Below are positions 62,801-64,000 of a stretch of DNA of 64,000 bases, in pieces. Source of the DNA: Podarcis liolepis. Its lineage: Eukaryota. The stretch lies in assembly GCA_965112155.1 (NCBI GenBank), contig OZ218099.1, one strand, 5' to 3'. A program made the translations under genes and the position numbers. Every line of letters begins with the position of its first letter. The first letter of the stretch is position 1. The notes beneath the pieces are model-generated. The model saw nothing but the letters and a program-made list of their open reading frames with translations. It did not search any database and was not told the DNA's origin.

Positions 62801-64000
62801 GCACTCCTCGGTTAAAAAGTGTGGAAAGTGTTGCTGTCCTCCCACACCCACCAATAAACTATAATAATTCACTTTCTGATAACAAATATCACAATGGCAC
62901 TGATTCTCACTAATAACGGAGAGATGGTGAGATGTCTACCAAAGAGGGATCATAGTGTCCTTGGTGTATACATGGCAGCTGGAGCCCATATGTAATTTGG
63001 TTGCAATGTAAACAGACCAGTGGCTATTGATGCCCAGTGAAAAGTTGGAAGACTTCATGGGAAAGTTTATTAAAGTTTAAAATCCCATATTGCTCCCTGC
63101 TACAACACTTGATTTTAAGGGTCATAGTCATGGCGGCTTAGTACATGCCATTCATACACAGAGATGGGTTCTGTGTGTGGATTGCCCTTTTGTCTACCTT
63201 GCACAGAAGAGTTTTCGGGGCGGGAGTGGGAGAAGAATGCTTCCAATAGTTGAGGGAGCTATGATGCAGAGATGTTTGTTTCCAGACATTTTGGGATCTC
63301 TATTGACTTCAGTGGGAGTTTCTAAACTTCTGTCACCTCGTCTGCAGATTTTATATACCATTCCATACCTTTGTCTCTCAGGGTGAGAAATGATATCAGA
63401 GTGAGTGTGGGATTCATTCTCTCTCTGTCCCCTCCCCCCGCTGCTCTGTCTATTTTTGCTTCTTGTGCAACAGCACACCAGCACACCTGCTGCATTGTCA
63501 TGCCTTCAGACCCCACCAGTTTCAAGGGGACTTACTAGCATGCTTGTTTTTATCCATAGAGTGTTACTTGTAGATAGGATTACAGCTTTTACTTTCATTG
63601 AATGGTATTTTGTTGGTTTACCAGTAGGTATGATTTCGGAAAACTTTTCATTCTTTCCTAGGATTTCTCCCCCCCCCCCCCCAAATAACATCACTAGCCC
63701 CTTTCCATGTCTGTGAAAGTCATAAGATTTGGCAAAGCTCTAAATCATTTTGCCAGATACATTTAATAAGCTGCTATAATTATCAGAAAATGAAAAACAT
63801 CCCTTTTACAGTGTGTTTCATTATTATTTTTTGAGTTGTGCTATTTTTGAAAATAATTCCTGAGTGAATCAAGGTGGCAGTAAATAACAATGTGAGATTT
63901 CATTGAAGACTGCTAGCAGAACTATCTTTCCACTTTAATAAACTGATTTGTTTATGGGCATTGGCCACGAAGGCTTTTTACTAGAATGTAGGTAGAGAGA

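Noticed and set aside
52811-64000. Next JADE2 exon (expected ..RYDLDE.. region) or a nested gene
   Set aside because: I found no matching peptide or convincing exon; the listed ORFs are short and motif-less, so I treat this as intron.

Overview
This is eukaryotic, repeat-rich DNA from a squamate reptile, most likely a lacertid lizard given the Sauria/Squam1 and Squam3 SINEs. It holds the 5' part of JADE2 (PHF15) on the + strand: a CpG-island promoter (~7.4-10.3 kb), an inferred non-coding exon 1 ending at 9066, and coding exons at 25193-25250, 28915-29000 and 52653-52810 (MEEKRRKYSISSDNSDTTD-SQTTSASRC...[19 protein letters not shown]...PEPVVR). I found no further exon, so the PHD-finger exons should lie beyond the window. 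The rest is intron or flank filled with SINEs, LINE remnants, MITEs and microsatellites. The most striking accessory element is a young, 5'-truncated Penelope-like retroelement (31859-33356) in intron 3. It keeps an open GIY-YIG endonuclease frame, has near-identical 217/218-bp inverted pseudo-LTRs that each carry a minimal hammerhead ribozyme motif, and is inserted in a (TA)n tract. Other points of interest are a uORF-rich 5' leader with an in-frame open extension, candidate alternative-first and poison exons, a templated inverted insertion at a SINE 5' junction, and a three-layer nested transposon. Almost all other ORFs in the supplied track look like noise. No searches were run; family names rest on motif recognition.
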